From Thermoanaerobaculia bacterium (GTDB taxonomy: Bacteria; Acidobacteriota; Thermoanaerobaculia; Multivoradales; UBA5704): a DNA stretch of 64,000 nucleotides. The position numbers and the translations under genes were made by a program. Under the pieces are notes generated by a model. The model did no database searches and was not told the origin of the DNA. It saw only the letters and a list, made by a program, of their open reading frames with translations. Below are positions 19,198 to 27,388 of this stretch, in pieces; the first letter of the stretch is position 1, and each line of letters starts with the position of its first letter. The stretch is from NCBI GenBank assembly GCA_045807625.1, contig JBJMHA010000012.1:76432-140431 (forward strand). Direction: 5' to 3'.

Positions 19198-21852
19198 GTG
19201 CCGAGGTCCCCCCTCTCCACCTACCGCGTCCAGCTCCGCCCTGAATTCGGCTTCGACGCCGCCGCGGCGGTCGCGGGCTACCTCGCCGATCTCGGGATCA
19301 GCCATCTCTACAGCTCGCCGTACCTCCAGGCGGCGCGGGGGAGCGCGCATGGGTACGACGTGGTCGATCCCACCCGGGTCAACGAGGAGCTGGGAGGCGA
19401 GGAGGCGCACGCGCGGCTCTGCCGGACGCTGGGGGAGAAGGGGCTCGGACAGGTTCTAGACATCGTTCCCAACCACATGGCGATTACCGAGCGCCGGAAC
19501 ACCTGGTGGTGGGACGTGCTGGAGAACGGCCCCTCCAGCCGCTACGCCGCCTACTTCGACGTCGACTGGAACCCGCCCCAGGCCCGGCTGCGCGACACGG
19601 TGCTCCTCCCCATCCTCGGCGACCACTACGGCCGGGTTTTAGAAAACGGCGAGCTGGAGCTGGTGCGCCAGGGGGGCAAATTCGAGATCCACTACCACGA
19701 GCACCGGATGCCGGTGGCGCCCCGCTCGCTCGACACCCTGATCGCCGAGGCGGCCCGGCGGTGCGGCTCGCCCGACCTCGCCTTCATCGCCGACTCGCTC
19801 GGCCAGCTCCCCCTCGCCACCGCCACCGACCGCGAGAGCATCGTCCGCCGGCACCGCGACAAGGAGGTGCTCGCCGGCCAGCTCTCCCGCCTCGCCGAGG
19901 AGAAGCCGGAGGTGGCCAAAGCCCTGGACGCGGTGGTGGCGGAGGTCAACGCCGGCCCCGACCGGCTCGACGAGCTCCTCCAGCGCCAGAACTACCGGGC
20001 GGCCTTCTGGCGCACCGCCGGCCAGGAGCTCGACTACCGGCGCTTCTTCGACGTCCATACCCTGATCGGCCTGCGCATGGAGGACGAGCGGGTGTTCGCG
20101 GACACCCACGCCCTCGTGCTCCGCTGGCTGCGCGAGGGGGTGCTCGACGGCGTCCGCGTCGATCATCCGGACGGCCTGCTCGACCCCGAGGAGTATCTCG
20201 AGCGGCTCCGCGACGAGGCCCCGGAGGCCTGGGTGGTGGTGGAGAAGATCCTGGAGCCGGGCGAGCCGCTCCGCGGGTCCTGGCCGGTGGAGGGGACGAC
20301 CGGCTACGACTTCCTCAACCGGGTGGGGGGGCTGCTCGTCGACCGGGAAGGGGAGGGGCCGCTGACGGAGCTCTATACCGGACTGACCGGCCAGAGCGCC
20401 GGCTGGGTGGATCTGGTGCGGGAGAAGAAGCTGCTCGTCCTCTCGGAGCTGCTGGCGAGCGACGTCAACCGCCTGGCCGAGGTCTTCCTCCAGGTCTGCG
20501 AGCGCCACCGCCGCCACCGGGACTACACCCGCTTCGAGCTGCGCCAGGCCATCCGCGAGGTGGTGGCCGGTTTCCCGGTCTACCGCACCTACGTCCGCGC
20601 CGAGATCGGCGAGGTCACCGATCTGGACCGGCGCTACGTGGACGAGGCGATCGCGGCGGCCAAGGCCCGGCGCCCCGACCTCCCGGCGGACCTGTTCGAC
20701 TTCTTCCGCGATCTGCTGCTCCTGGAGGTCCGCGGTGAGGTGGAGGGGGAGCTGGTGATGCGCTTCCAGCAGCTCACGGGGCCGGCGATGGCCAAGGGGG
20801 TGGAGGACACCGCCTTCTACAACTTCCACCGCCTGACCGCCCTCAACGAGGTCGGGGGGAGCCCCGGGGACTTCGGCCTCTGCGTGGAGGCCTTCCACCG
20901 CCTCGCCGCCGAATCCCAGCGGCTCTGGCCCCGGACCCTGCTCGCCACCTCGACCCACGACACCAAGCGCAGCGAGGACGTGCGGGCGCGGATCAGCCTG
21001 CTCTCCGAGATCCCCGAGCCATGGGGGGAGGCCGCGCGCCGCTGGTACGAGCGCAACGCGAAGTATCGAAAAGGGGATTTCCCGGACCGCAACGCCGAAT
21101 ACCTCCTCTATCAGACCCTCGTGGGCGCCTGGCCGATCTCGGCCGAGCGCGCGGCGGCCTACATGGAGAAGGCTGCCCGCGAGGCCAAGGCGCACACCTC
21201 CTGGACGCGGCAGAATCCCGAGTACGAGGAGGCCCTGCGCTCCTTCGTCACGGCCGTGCTCGATGACAAGGATTTCTTGGCCGGCCTCGAAGCCTTCGTG
21301 GCCCCTCTGGTCGAGCCGGGGCGGATCAATTCCCTCGCCCAGACCCTGCTCAAGCTCACCGCTCCCGGCGTGCCCGACTTCTATCAGGGATCGGAGATCT
21401 GGGACCTCTCCCTGGTCGATCCGGACAACCGGCGCCCTGTGGACTACGAGCTGCGGCGGCGCCTCCTGGGGGATCTGAAGCGGGGGATGGTCCCTGAGGA
21501 GATCGTCGCCCGCATGGACGACGGGCTGCCGAAGCTCTGGCTGATCCATCAGGGGCTCCAGTTGCGCCGCCGGTCCCCCGAGGTCTTCGGGCCGGACGGA
21601 GCCTACGAGCCGCTCCGGGCGGCGGGGCCGCGCGCGGAGCACGTGGTGGCGTTCACGCGCGGCGGCGCGGTGGCCGCGGTCGCCCCCCGGCTGCCCCTTC
21701 GCCTTCAGGGAGATTGGCGGGGCACCACCCTGGAGCTGCCGCCGGGCTCCTGGCGCGACGAGCTCAACGGTGAGGAGATCGAAGGGGGATCTCGTCCGCT
21801 GGCGGACCTGCTGGCGCGGTTCCCGGTGGCGCTGCTGGCGAGATCTACGTAG
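19198..21852 (+). CDS. treY: Maltooligosyl trehalose synthase
   Basis: STYRVQL, HGYDVVDP, DIVPNHM, RVDHPDGL, AKGVEDTAFY, STHDTKRSED, LVDPDNRRPVD. Confidence 0.95.
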   Translation: MPRSPLSTYRVQLRPEFGFDAAAAVAGYLADLGISHLYSSPYLQAARGSAHGYDVVDPTRVNEELGGEEAHARLCRTLGEKGLGQVLDIVPNHMAITERRNTWWWDVLENGPSSRYAAYFDVDWNPPQARLRDTVLLPILGDHYGRVLENGELELVRQGGKFEIHYHEHRMPVAPRSLDTLIAEAARRCGSPDLAFIADSLGQLPLATATDRESIVRRHRDKEVLAGQLSRLAEEKPEVAKALDAVVAEVNAGPDRLDELLQRQNYRAAFWRTAGQELDYRRFFDVHTLIGLRMEDERVFADTHALVLRWLREGVLDGVRVDHPDGLLDPEEYLERLRDEAPEAWVVVEKILEPGEPLRGSWPVEGTTGYDFLNRVGGLLVDREGEGPLTELYTGLTGQSAGWVDLVREKKLLVLSELLASDVNRLAEVFLQVCERHRRHRDYTRFELRQAIREVVAGFPVYRTYVRAEIGEVTDLDRRYVDEAIAAAKARRPDLPADLFDFFRDLLLLEVRGEVEGELVMRFQQLTGPAMAKGVEDTAFYNFHRLTALNEVGGSPGDFGLCVEAFHRLAAESQRLWPRTLLATSTHDTKRSEDVRARISLLSEIPEPWGEAARRWYERNAKYRKGDFPDRNAEYLLYQTLVGAWPISAERAAAYMEKAAREAKAHTSWTRQNPEYEEALRSFVTAVLDDKDFLAGLEAFVAPLVEPGRINSLAQTLLKLTAPGVPDFYQGSEIWDLSLVDPDNRRPVDYELRRRLLGDLKRGMVPEEIVARMDDGLPKLWLIHQGLQLRRRSPEVFGPDGAYEPLRAAGPRAEHVVAFTRGGAVAAVAPRLPLRLQGDWRGTTLELPPGSWRDELNGEEIEGGSRPLADLLARFPVALLARST

Positions 21853-21865
21853 AATTCAGCACGCG

Positions 21866-22081
21866 ATGACGGACGAAGAGATCGACGATCAGGCCCCGGA
21901 GCCTCCGCAGGATGACGATCCGGTAACCGCCATGCTGGACCGGATCGACTCCACGAAGGACTTCGGGGCTCCCGGAGAGGCGCCGCCACCCGCGCCCGCC
22001 CGGAGCCGCCGGGACCTGGACGAGCTGGTCGACCAGATCCTCGAAGACGAGCTCAAGCGGCTCAACGAGCGGAAAGGGTAG
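21866..22081 (+). CDS. Small acidic hypothetical protein
   Basis: ATG 14 nt after the treY stop; GC3-rich codons; MTDEEIDDQAPEPP...LDELVDQILEDELKRL. Confidence 0.55.
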   Translation: MTDEEIDDQAPEPPQDDDPVTAMLDRIDSTKDFGAPGEAPPPAPARSRRDLDELVDQILEDELKRLNERKG

Positions 22082-22487
22082 CCAGGACCGCCGCCGCGAG
22101 GTCCTGCGTGTCGAGTCCGTTCCCCTGGGGCACCTTCACGCCGCCGTCTTCCTGGAGCAGCGAGCTCACCTCCATGCCCGCGAGCGTCTGCCGCTCCAGG
22201 AGCTCGACCGCCGGGCCGAGCGGGAGGTAGCCCATCCTCTGGGCGATGTCGATGTAGTAGCCGACCTCGCGGAGACGCCGGCTGGCCTCGTCGATCTGCG
22301 CCCGGAGCTGCTCACCGGGCACCGCGCACGCCCGCGCCACGGCCGCGGCGGCCGCGTGAGCGGCGGCCTCCATCCGGGCGCCGAGACCGGCGGCCTCTCC
22401 TCCCGGTAGCTGCTGAACGGTCTCGTGCACCGCGGTGACCAACTCGTGGGCGTGCTGGTACGCGGGAAGTGTCCGATGGTCTCTCAT
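22062..22487 (-). CDS. Four-helix-bundle protein (23S rRNA IVP-like family)
   Basis: MRDHRTLPAYQHAHELV...LPGGE...EVGYYIDIAQRMGYL pattern. Confidence 0.7.
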   Translation of the reverse strand: MRDHRTLPAYQHAHELVTAVHETVQQLPGGEAAGLGARMEAAAHAAAAAVARACAVPGEQLRAQIDEASRRLREVGYYIDIAQRMGYLPLGPAVELLERQTLAGMEVSSLLQEDGGVKVPQGNGLDTQDLAAAVLATLSAR

Positions 22488-23091
22488 GGGTCTGGGTCTC
22501 CTCTGCTGGGCCTGCTGGCCGTTCTTCCGTGCCGCCCGGTCCCGGCACCGCGCCGGCCACCGGTGGCGAAGAGCCGCCACGCGAGGACGAATAGCTGCAA
22601 GAGTCGAACCTGCCCGCGATCGATCCCCTCCCCGCCTCGCCGTCGTATTGCCCGTGGAAGGTGCCGCTGACCACCGCGGGGACTCCCCCTTCCACCGGGC
22701 TCTGCTGCCGGACCTCCACCCTCACCTCGCCCGGCGAGGTCGCCAGGCCGCCGCTCGCGGAACGGCCGGTCACAAACACGCGGGCCTGGTAGGGGCCGCT
22801 CCCCCGGTAGTCCTCGACCCGCACCGCCACCACCGGCATCTCCGGGCTCCCGGTGCGGAAGTCGACCTGCAATCCCCCCTCTCCGTGAGACACGCAGAAA
22901 AAGGAGCTGGCGCCGCGGAAGGCGACCTGGCCGCTCGCCGTGAGCTCGCCTGGGGAGGCCGCGATCGCGGCCTCCTCCTGGGGGGAGGGGTCCGCCGAAG
23001 CTCCGGCGGCTGCCTGTACCCCATCCTTGCCGCGGCAGGCGGCGAGCAGGGGGATCGCGAGCAGGAAGATCAGGAGCGGGCGGATCGGCAT
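22312..23091 (-). CDS. Putative lipoprotein
   Basis: MPIRPLLIFLLAIPLLAAC lipobox within the long 22312..24990 frame; low-complexity tail overlaps the next gene, so the true end is uncertain. Confidence 0.6.
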   Translation of the reverse strand: MPIRPLLIFLLAIPLLAACRGKDGVQAAAGASADPSPQEEAAIAASPGELTASGQVAFRGASSFFCVSHGEGGLQVDFRTGSPEMPVVAVRVEDYRGSGPYQARVFVTGRSASGGLATSPGEVRVEVRQQSPVEGGVPAVVSGTFHGQYDGEAGRGSIAGRFDSCSYSSSRGGSSPPVAGAVPGPGGTEERPAGPAEETQTHERPSDTSRVPARPRVGHRGARDRSAATGRRGRRSRRPDGGRRSRGRRGRGAGVRGAR

Positions 23092-23145
23092 GGGCGCGCG
23101 GAAAATTTGCAGGAAGGATGCCACGGGCGCGAGAGGATACCGAAG

Positions 23146-23240
23146 CAGGGACTCCAGGGACAACAGGGACATCAGGGACAAAGAAGAAGAGCCGATCGTT
23201 TTTTCTTTGTCTCTGGAGTCCCTGTTGTCCCTGGGGTCCC
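23146..23240. repeat. 9-bp tandem repeat arms forming a long hairpin
   Basis: (CAGGGACNN)x4-AAGAA ... TTCTTTGTC-(NNGTCCCTG)-type inverted arm. Confidence 0.75.
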
Positions 23241-23243
23241 TTT

Positions 23244-24950
23244 TCAAGTCTTCGTCAGAGCCCCCCATAAAAACGCCCCCGCTCCCACCGCCATCAGCCC
23301 CCACCCCCAGAGCGTGCCGGGCGCCTGGGCGCGGAGCATCACCCCCGCGATCACCAGGCCCGCGGACAGGATGGTCCAGGAGAGCCGGTGGACCGAGCGC
23401 TCCAGGCGGCGGATCATCTTCCGTTCCTCGGGGGTGAGGGCCGACTGGATGGTGAGCGTCCCCCGCTCGGCGCGGGCGAGCACGGCGTCCGCCCGCCGCG
23501 GCAGCCCGAGCAGGACCTGGAGCTGCGCCAGCCCTCCGCTCAGCATCTCCCGCCAGTTCCGCCGCAGCTCCTGGGCCGCCAGGCGCTGGGCGAAGGGGAG
23601 GGTCTCGGCCCAGGGATCGAACTCCGGATCGAGCTGCGTCGAGAGCCCCGCGAGCAGCCCCACCGCCCGGGAGGCGAAGAGGAGATCCACCTGCATCTGG
23701 AAGGGGAGCTCGTAGAGCACGTCCCGGTATTGCCGGAAGAAATACTCCGCCTCCGAGAACGCCGCCTCCCGCAGATTGCCGAGCCGCACCCCCCAGAACC
23801 GCTGGAACAGCTCCTCGTGGATCTCCTCCAGCCGGCGCAGGTCCGCCCCCGGCAGCAGCACGCCGGCCGCCACGTAGGAGCGCACGATCCGCTCGGCGTC
23901 GCGGGTCCCCAGGGCGATGGCGTACTCGCGCAGCGCCCCCCGCAGCCGCTCGGGGATCACAGCCACCATGCCGAAATCGACGAAGACGACCTGGAACGGC
24001 CTCTCGCTGTCCGCCGGGGCCGGTGGCGCCGCGGCGCCGGGGGGGAAGGGGGCCTCCCCCTCCACCGGCAGGGGGCGCACGAAGAGGTTCCCCGGATGGG
24101 GGTCGGCGTGCACGAAGGAGTGCTCGAAGATCTGTTGCAGGTAGACCCGGTAGAGGACGCGCGCCACCTCGGAGCGCCGGATGCCGGCGCGGTCGAGCGC
24201 CGCGAGGTCGGCGATCTTGATCCAGCCGACGTTCTCTAAAGTCAGCGTCCGGCGGGTGCTCCAGTCCCAGAAGACCTTCGGCAGATAGACCCTGGGATCG
24301 TTGGCGAAGTTTTCCGCGAACCGCTCGGCGTTGTGTCCCTCGGCGATCAGGTCGAGCTCGGCGAGCGTGGTGTTGGTGATCTCGGTCCCCAGGCGCCCCA
24401 GGTCGACCCGCCGCCGGATCGTCTTCGAGAACCGCAGCAGCCGGGTGGCCAGCCGCACCGCCGCGAGGTCGGTCTCGACGAGGACGTCGATCCCCGGCCG
24501 CAGCACCTTCACCACCACCTCCTCGCCCGTGGGCAGGCGGGCGGGGTGGACCTGGGCGAGCGAGGCGGCGCCGATCGGCTCCGGGCCGATCCAGGCGAAG
24601 ACGGCGGATACGGGACGCCCGAAATCCTCCTCGATCTGCCGCACGATGTCCGCGAACGGCTCGGGGGGGACCTCGTCCTGGAGCCCGGCGAGCTCGTTCG
24701 TGATCTCCGGCGGCAGGATGTCCACCCGGGTGGAGAGGAACTGCCCGAGCTTGATCAGCACGCCCCCCATCTCGGCCGCCAGGGCCCGGTACCGCCGGGC
24801 GATCCCCTGATACCGCACGAGGGGAGGCCGCCGGAACCGCCGCAGCCCCGGGGCGTTCAGGATGACGTCCCACCAGAAGACCTGGATGAAAGTGCGGGTG
24901 ACGAAGCGGCGTACCTTGCGGTAGCGCCTGAAATCGATCCCTGCGGGCAT
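23244..24950 (-). CDS. ABC1/UbiB (AarF) family kinase
   Basis: IKLGQFLSTR, AASLAQVH, VVVKVLRPGI, HADPHPGN, DFGM; two C-terminal TM helices. Confidence 0.93.
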   Translation of the reverse strand: MPAGIDFRRYRKVRRFVTRTFIQVFWWDVILNAPGLRRFRRPPLVRYQGIARRYRALAAEMGGVLIKLGQFLSTRVDILPPEITNELAGLQDEVPPEPFADIVRQIEEDFGRPVSAVFAWIGPEPIGAASLAQVHPARLPTGEEVVVKVLRPGIDVLVETDLAAVRLATRLLRFSKTIRRRVDLGRLGTEITNTTLAELDLIAEGHNAERFAENFANDPRVYLPKVFWDWSTRRTLTLENVGWIKIADLAALDRAGIRRSEVARVLYRVYLQQIFEHSFVHADPHPGNLFVRPLPVEGEAPFPPGAAAPPAPADSERPFQVVFVDFGMVAVIPERLRGALREYAIALGTRDAERIVRSYVAAGVLLPGADLRRLEEIHEELFQRFWGVRLGNLREAAFSEAEYFFRQYRDVLYELPFQMQVDLLFASRAVGLLAGLSTQLDPEFDPWAETLPFAQRLAAQELRRNWREMLSGGLAQLQVLLGLPRRADAVLARAERGTLTIQSALTPEERKMIRRLERSVHRLSWTILSAGLVIAGVMLRAQAPGTLWGWGLMAVGAGAFLWGALTKT

Positions 24951-25000
24951 GGGGAGGACTATATGCCGGGGGGGCCCCCGCCTGTGACAAGATTCCGGCC

Positions 25001-25834
25001 GTGCAGAAGACCGACTCCGACGGCCTGACCTTCCGGTCCCTCTCCTCGGTCGCCGACTACCAGGCGTGCGTCGAGCTCCAGAGGGACACGTGGGGGCGGA
25101 GCTTCTCCGACGTGGTCCCCCTGAGCATCCTCAAGGTCACCCAGAAGGCCGGGGGGATCGCGGCGGGCGCCTTCTCCCCGGCGGGGGACCTGCTCGGCTT
25201 CGTCTACGGCCTCGCCGGCTGGGCCGGCGGCCGCCTCTTCCACTGGTCCCACATGCTGGCGGTGGCCCGGCAGGCGCGGGACCTCGGGCTCGGCACCCGG
25301 CTGAAGCTCTACCAGCGGGACCTTCTCCTCCCCACGGGCGTGGAGGAGGTGCGGTGGACCTTCGATCCCCTCGAGGCGCGCAACGCGAACCTCAACTTCA
25401 ACCACCTCGGGGCCGAGGCCGCCGAGTACGTCGAGGACATGTACGAGGGGGAGGAGGGGAGCGAGCTGTTCGAGGGGATCGGCACCGACCGCTTCATCCT
25501 CTCCTGGAAGATCGCGAGCCCCCGGGTCGAAATGGCCCTCGCGGACCAGCGGGCCGGCGCCGGGGAGCCGTTCCGCGAAGCCCCCGTCGCCAACCCCGGC
25601 GCGGAGACCGGGGAGCTTCCCGAGGCCCCCCGCGTCCGGATCGAGGTCCCGGAGAGCATCCAGGACCTCAAGGCGGTGCGGCCGGACCTGGGCGCGCCCT
25701 GGCGGGCGTCCACCCGGCGCGCCTTCCAGTACTATCTGGGGCATGGCTACAGGGTCGAGGCGTTCTATCGTGACGTCGGCGAAGGGCGCTGCTGGTATGG
25801 ATTGGAAAGAGAATCGGGACTGGAAAGGGATTGA
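25001..25834 (+). CDS. GNAT-family acyltransferase (probable D-amino acid N-succinyltransferase)
   Basis: WSHMLAV, GLGTRLKLYQR, WTFDPLEARNA, TDRF; adjacent to OSBS/NSAR. Confidence 0.8.
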   Translation: MQKTDSDGLTFRSLSSVADYQACVELQRDTWGRSFSDVVPLSILKVTQKAGGIAAGAFSPAGDLLGFVYGLAGWAGGRLFHWSHMLAVARQARDLGLGTRLKLYQRDLLLPTGVEEVRWTFDPLEARNANLNFNHLGAEAAEYVEDMYEGEEGSELFEGIGTDRFILSWKIASPRVEMALADQRAGAGEPFREAPVANPGAETGELPEAPRVRIEVPESIQDLKAVRPDLGAPWRASTRRAFQYYLGHGYRVEAFYRDVGEGRCWYGLERESGLERD

Positions 25835-25836
25835 CC

Positions 25837-26964
25837 ATGCTACGAATCGCAAGCCTCACCCTGCGCGAGATCTCCCTGACCCTGAAGGAGCCGTTCCAGA
25901 TCTCCTCCGGCACCACCACCCAGCGGCGCATCCTGCTCGTGGAGATCGAGAGCGCCGACGGCGCCCGCGCCTGGGGGGAGTGCACGGCGGGGGAGATCCC
26001 CAACTACGGGCCCGAGACGATCGACACCGCCTGGCTCGCCATCCGCGACTGGGTGGCCCCACGGGTGCTGGGGCACACCTGGGGAGGCCCGGAGGAGATC
26101 TCTCCGGCGCTGGAGATCAACTTCCGCGGCCACCACATGGCGAAGGCGGCGGTCGAGATGGGCGCCTGGGCGCTCGCCGCCGAGATGGAGGGGATCTCCC
26201 TCTCCGCCAAGCTCGGCGGCACCCGCGACCGCATCCGGGTGGGGATCTCGCTCGGCATCCAGCGGAGCCTGGCGGCCCTGGTGGAGAAGGCCCGGGCGGC
26301 GCTCGACCGCGGCTATCGCAAGATCAAGATCAAGATCAAGCCGGGCGCCGACGTCGCCTACGTGCGCGCCGTGCGCCAGGCCCTGGGGCCCGACGCGCCG
26401 CTGATGGCCGACGCCAACAACGCCTACACCCTGGAGGCCACGGAGAGCCTGGAGGATCTCGACGAGCTCGGGCTGATGATGATCGAGCAGCCGCTCGCCT
26501 GGGACGACCTGCTCCGGCATGCCGAGCTCCAGAAGCGGCTCCAGACGCCGATCTGTCTCGACGAATCGATCACCAGCGCCGACCGCGCGGAGGACATGAT
26601 CGCCCTCGGCGCGGGCAAGATCATCAACATCAAGCCCGGCCGGGTGGGCGGGTTCCTGCAGTCGATCGCCATCCACGACGTCTGCGCCGCGCACGGCATC
26701 CCGGTCTGGTGCGGCGGCATGCTGGAGAGCGGCGTGGGGCGGGCCCACAACGTCGCCCTGGCCTCGCTGCCCAACTTCACCGTCCCCGGCGACATCTCCC
26801 CCAGCGAGCGCTACTGGGACGAGGACATCGTGGACCCGGAGTGGACCATGGACCGCGAGGGGTGGATCGAGGTCCCCGTCGAGAGCCCCGGCCTGGGGGT
26901 GGAGGTGGATCTGGACCACGTCGAGGACGTGACGGTGCGGCGGGAGATCATCCGGCTGCAGTGA
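25837..26964 (+). CDS. menC: o-Succinylbenzoate synthase / N-succinylamino acid racemase (enolase superfamily)
   Basis: KIKIK, DANNAY, IEQP, LDES, NIKPGRVGG, WCGGMLESG, PGDIS (NSAR/OSBS subfamily). Confidence 0.88.
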   Translation: MLRIASLTLREISLTLKEPFQISSGTTTQRRILLVEIESADGARAWGECTAGEIPNYGPETIDTAWLAIRDWVAPRVLGHTWGGPEEISPALEINFRGHHMAKAAVEMGAWALAAEMEGISLSAKLGGTRDRIRVGISLGIQRSLAALVEKARAALDRGYRKIKIKIKPGADVAYVRAVRQALGPDAPLMADANNAYTLEATESLEDLDELGLMMIEQPLAWDDLLRHAELQKRLQTPICLDESITSADRAEDMIALGAGKIINIKPGRVGGFLQSIAIHDVCAAHGIPVWCGGMLESGVGRAHNVALASLPNFTVPGDISPSERYWDEDIVDPEWTMDREGWIEVPVESPGLGVEVDLDHVEDVTVRREIIRLQ

Positions 26965-26968
26965 GCCC

Positions 26969-27388
26969 ATGCCCTACCGTCTCCTCGCCGATCTCCTCGT
27001 CGCCTTCCACGCCGGCTTCGTCCTCTTCGTCGTCCTGGGCGGGCTGCTCGTCCTGCGCTGGCCGCGCCTGGCCTGGGTCCACCTGCCGGCGGCGGTGTGG
27101 GGGGCCTGGGTCGAATTCTCCTCGACCGTCTGCCCGCTGACCCCGCTGGAGAACCACCTCCGCCACCTGGGCGGGGAGGCCGGCTACTCCGGCGGTTTCA
27201 TCGCGCACTATCTGCTGCCGGTGCTCTATCCGGCGGGGTTGGGCCCGTGGGTCCAGGTTGTTTTGGGAGTTTTCGTGGTGCTCCTGAACGCCGCCGCCTA
27301 CCTGCTCGTCTGGCGGCGATCCGACCGATCCGACGGATCAGACCGATCTGACCGATCCGCGGAATCTCCGGAAGGCGAAGAGGCCTAG
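26969..27388 (+). CDS. DUF2784 family membrane protein
   Basis: LAWVHLPAAVWG, CPLTPLEN, GFIAHYLLPVLYP; tail formed by 9-bp (CCGATCCGA-like) repeats. Confidence 0.85.
   Translation: MPYRLLADLLVAFHAGFVLFVVLGGLLVLRWPRLAWVHLPAAVWGAWVEFSSTVCPLTPLENHLRHLGGEAGYSGGFIAHYLLPVLYPAGLGPWVQVVLGVFVVLLNAAAYLLVWRRSDRSDGSDRSDRSAESPEGEEA

Noticed and set aside
6350-21642. Long antisense or alternative-frame ORFs over the glycogen genes (e.g. 6350..8470 -, 7216..9366 +, 10574..13864 -, 19639..21642 -)
   Set aside because: Shadow ORFs caused by high GC3 codon bias; they overlap genes with clear enzyme motifs and have none themselves
6410-21852. Glycogen/trehalose cluster as a novel system
   Set aside because: GlgE-TreS/Pep2-GlgB with MalQ, GH57 and TreY is a well-known pathway; treZ is absent here but may lie elsewhere
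22312-24990. 892-aa ORF
   Set aside because: The upstream two-thirds is an off-frame shadow of the ABC1 kinase; only the part from ATG 23091 (lipobox) is credible
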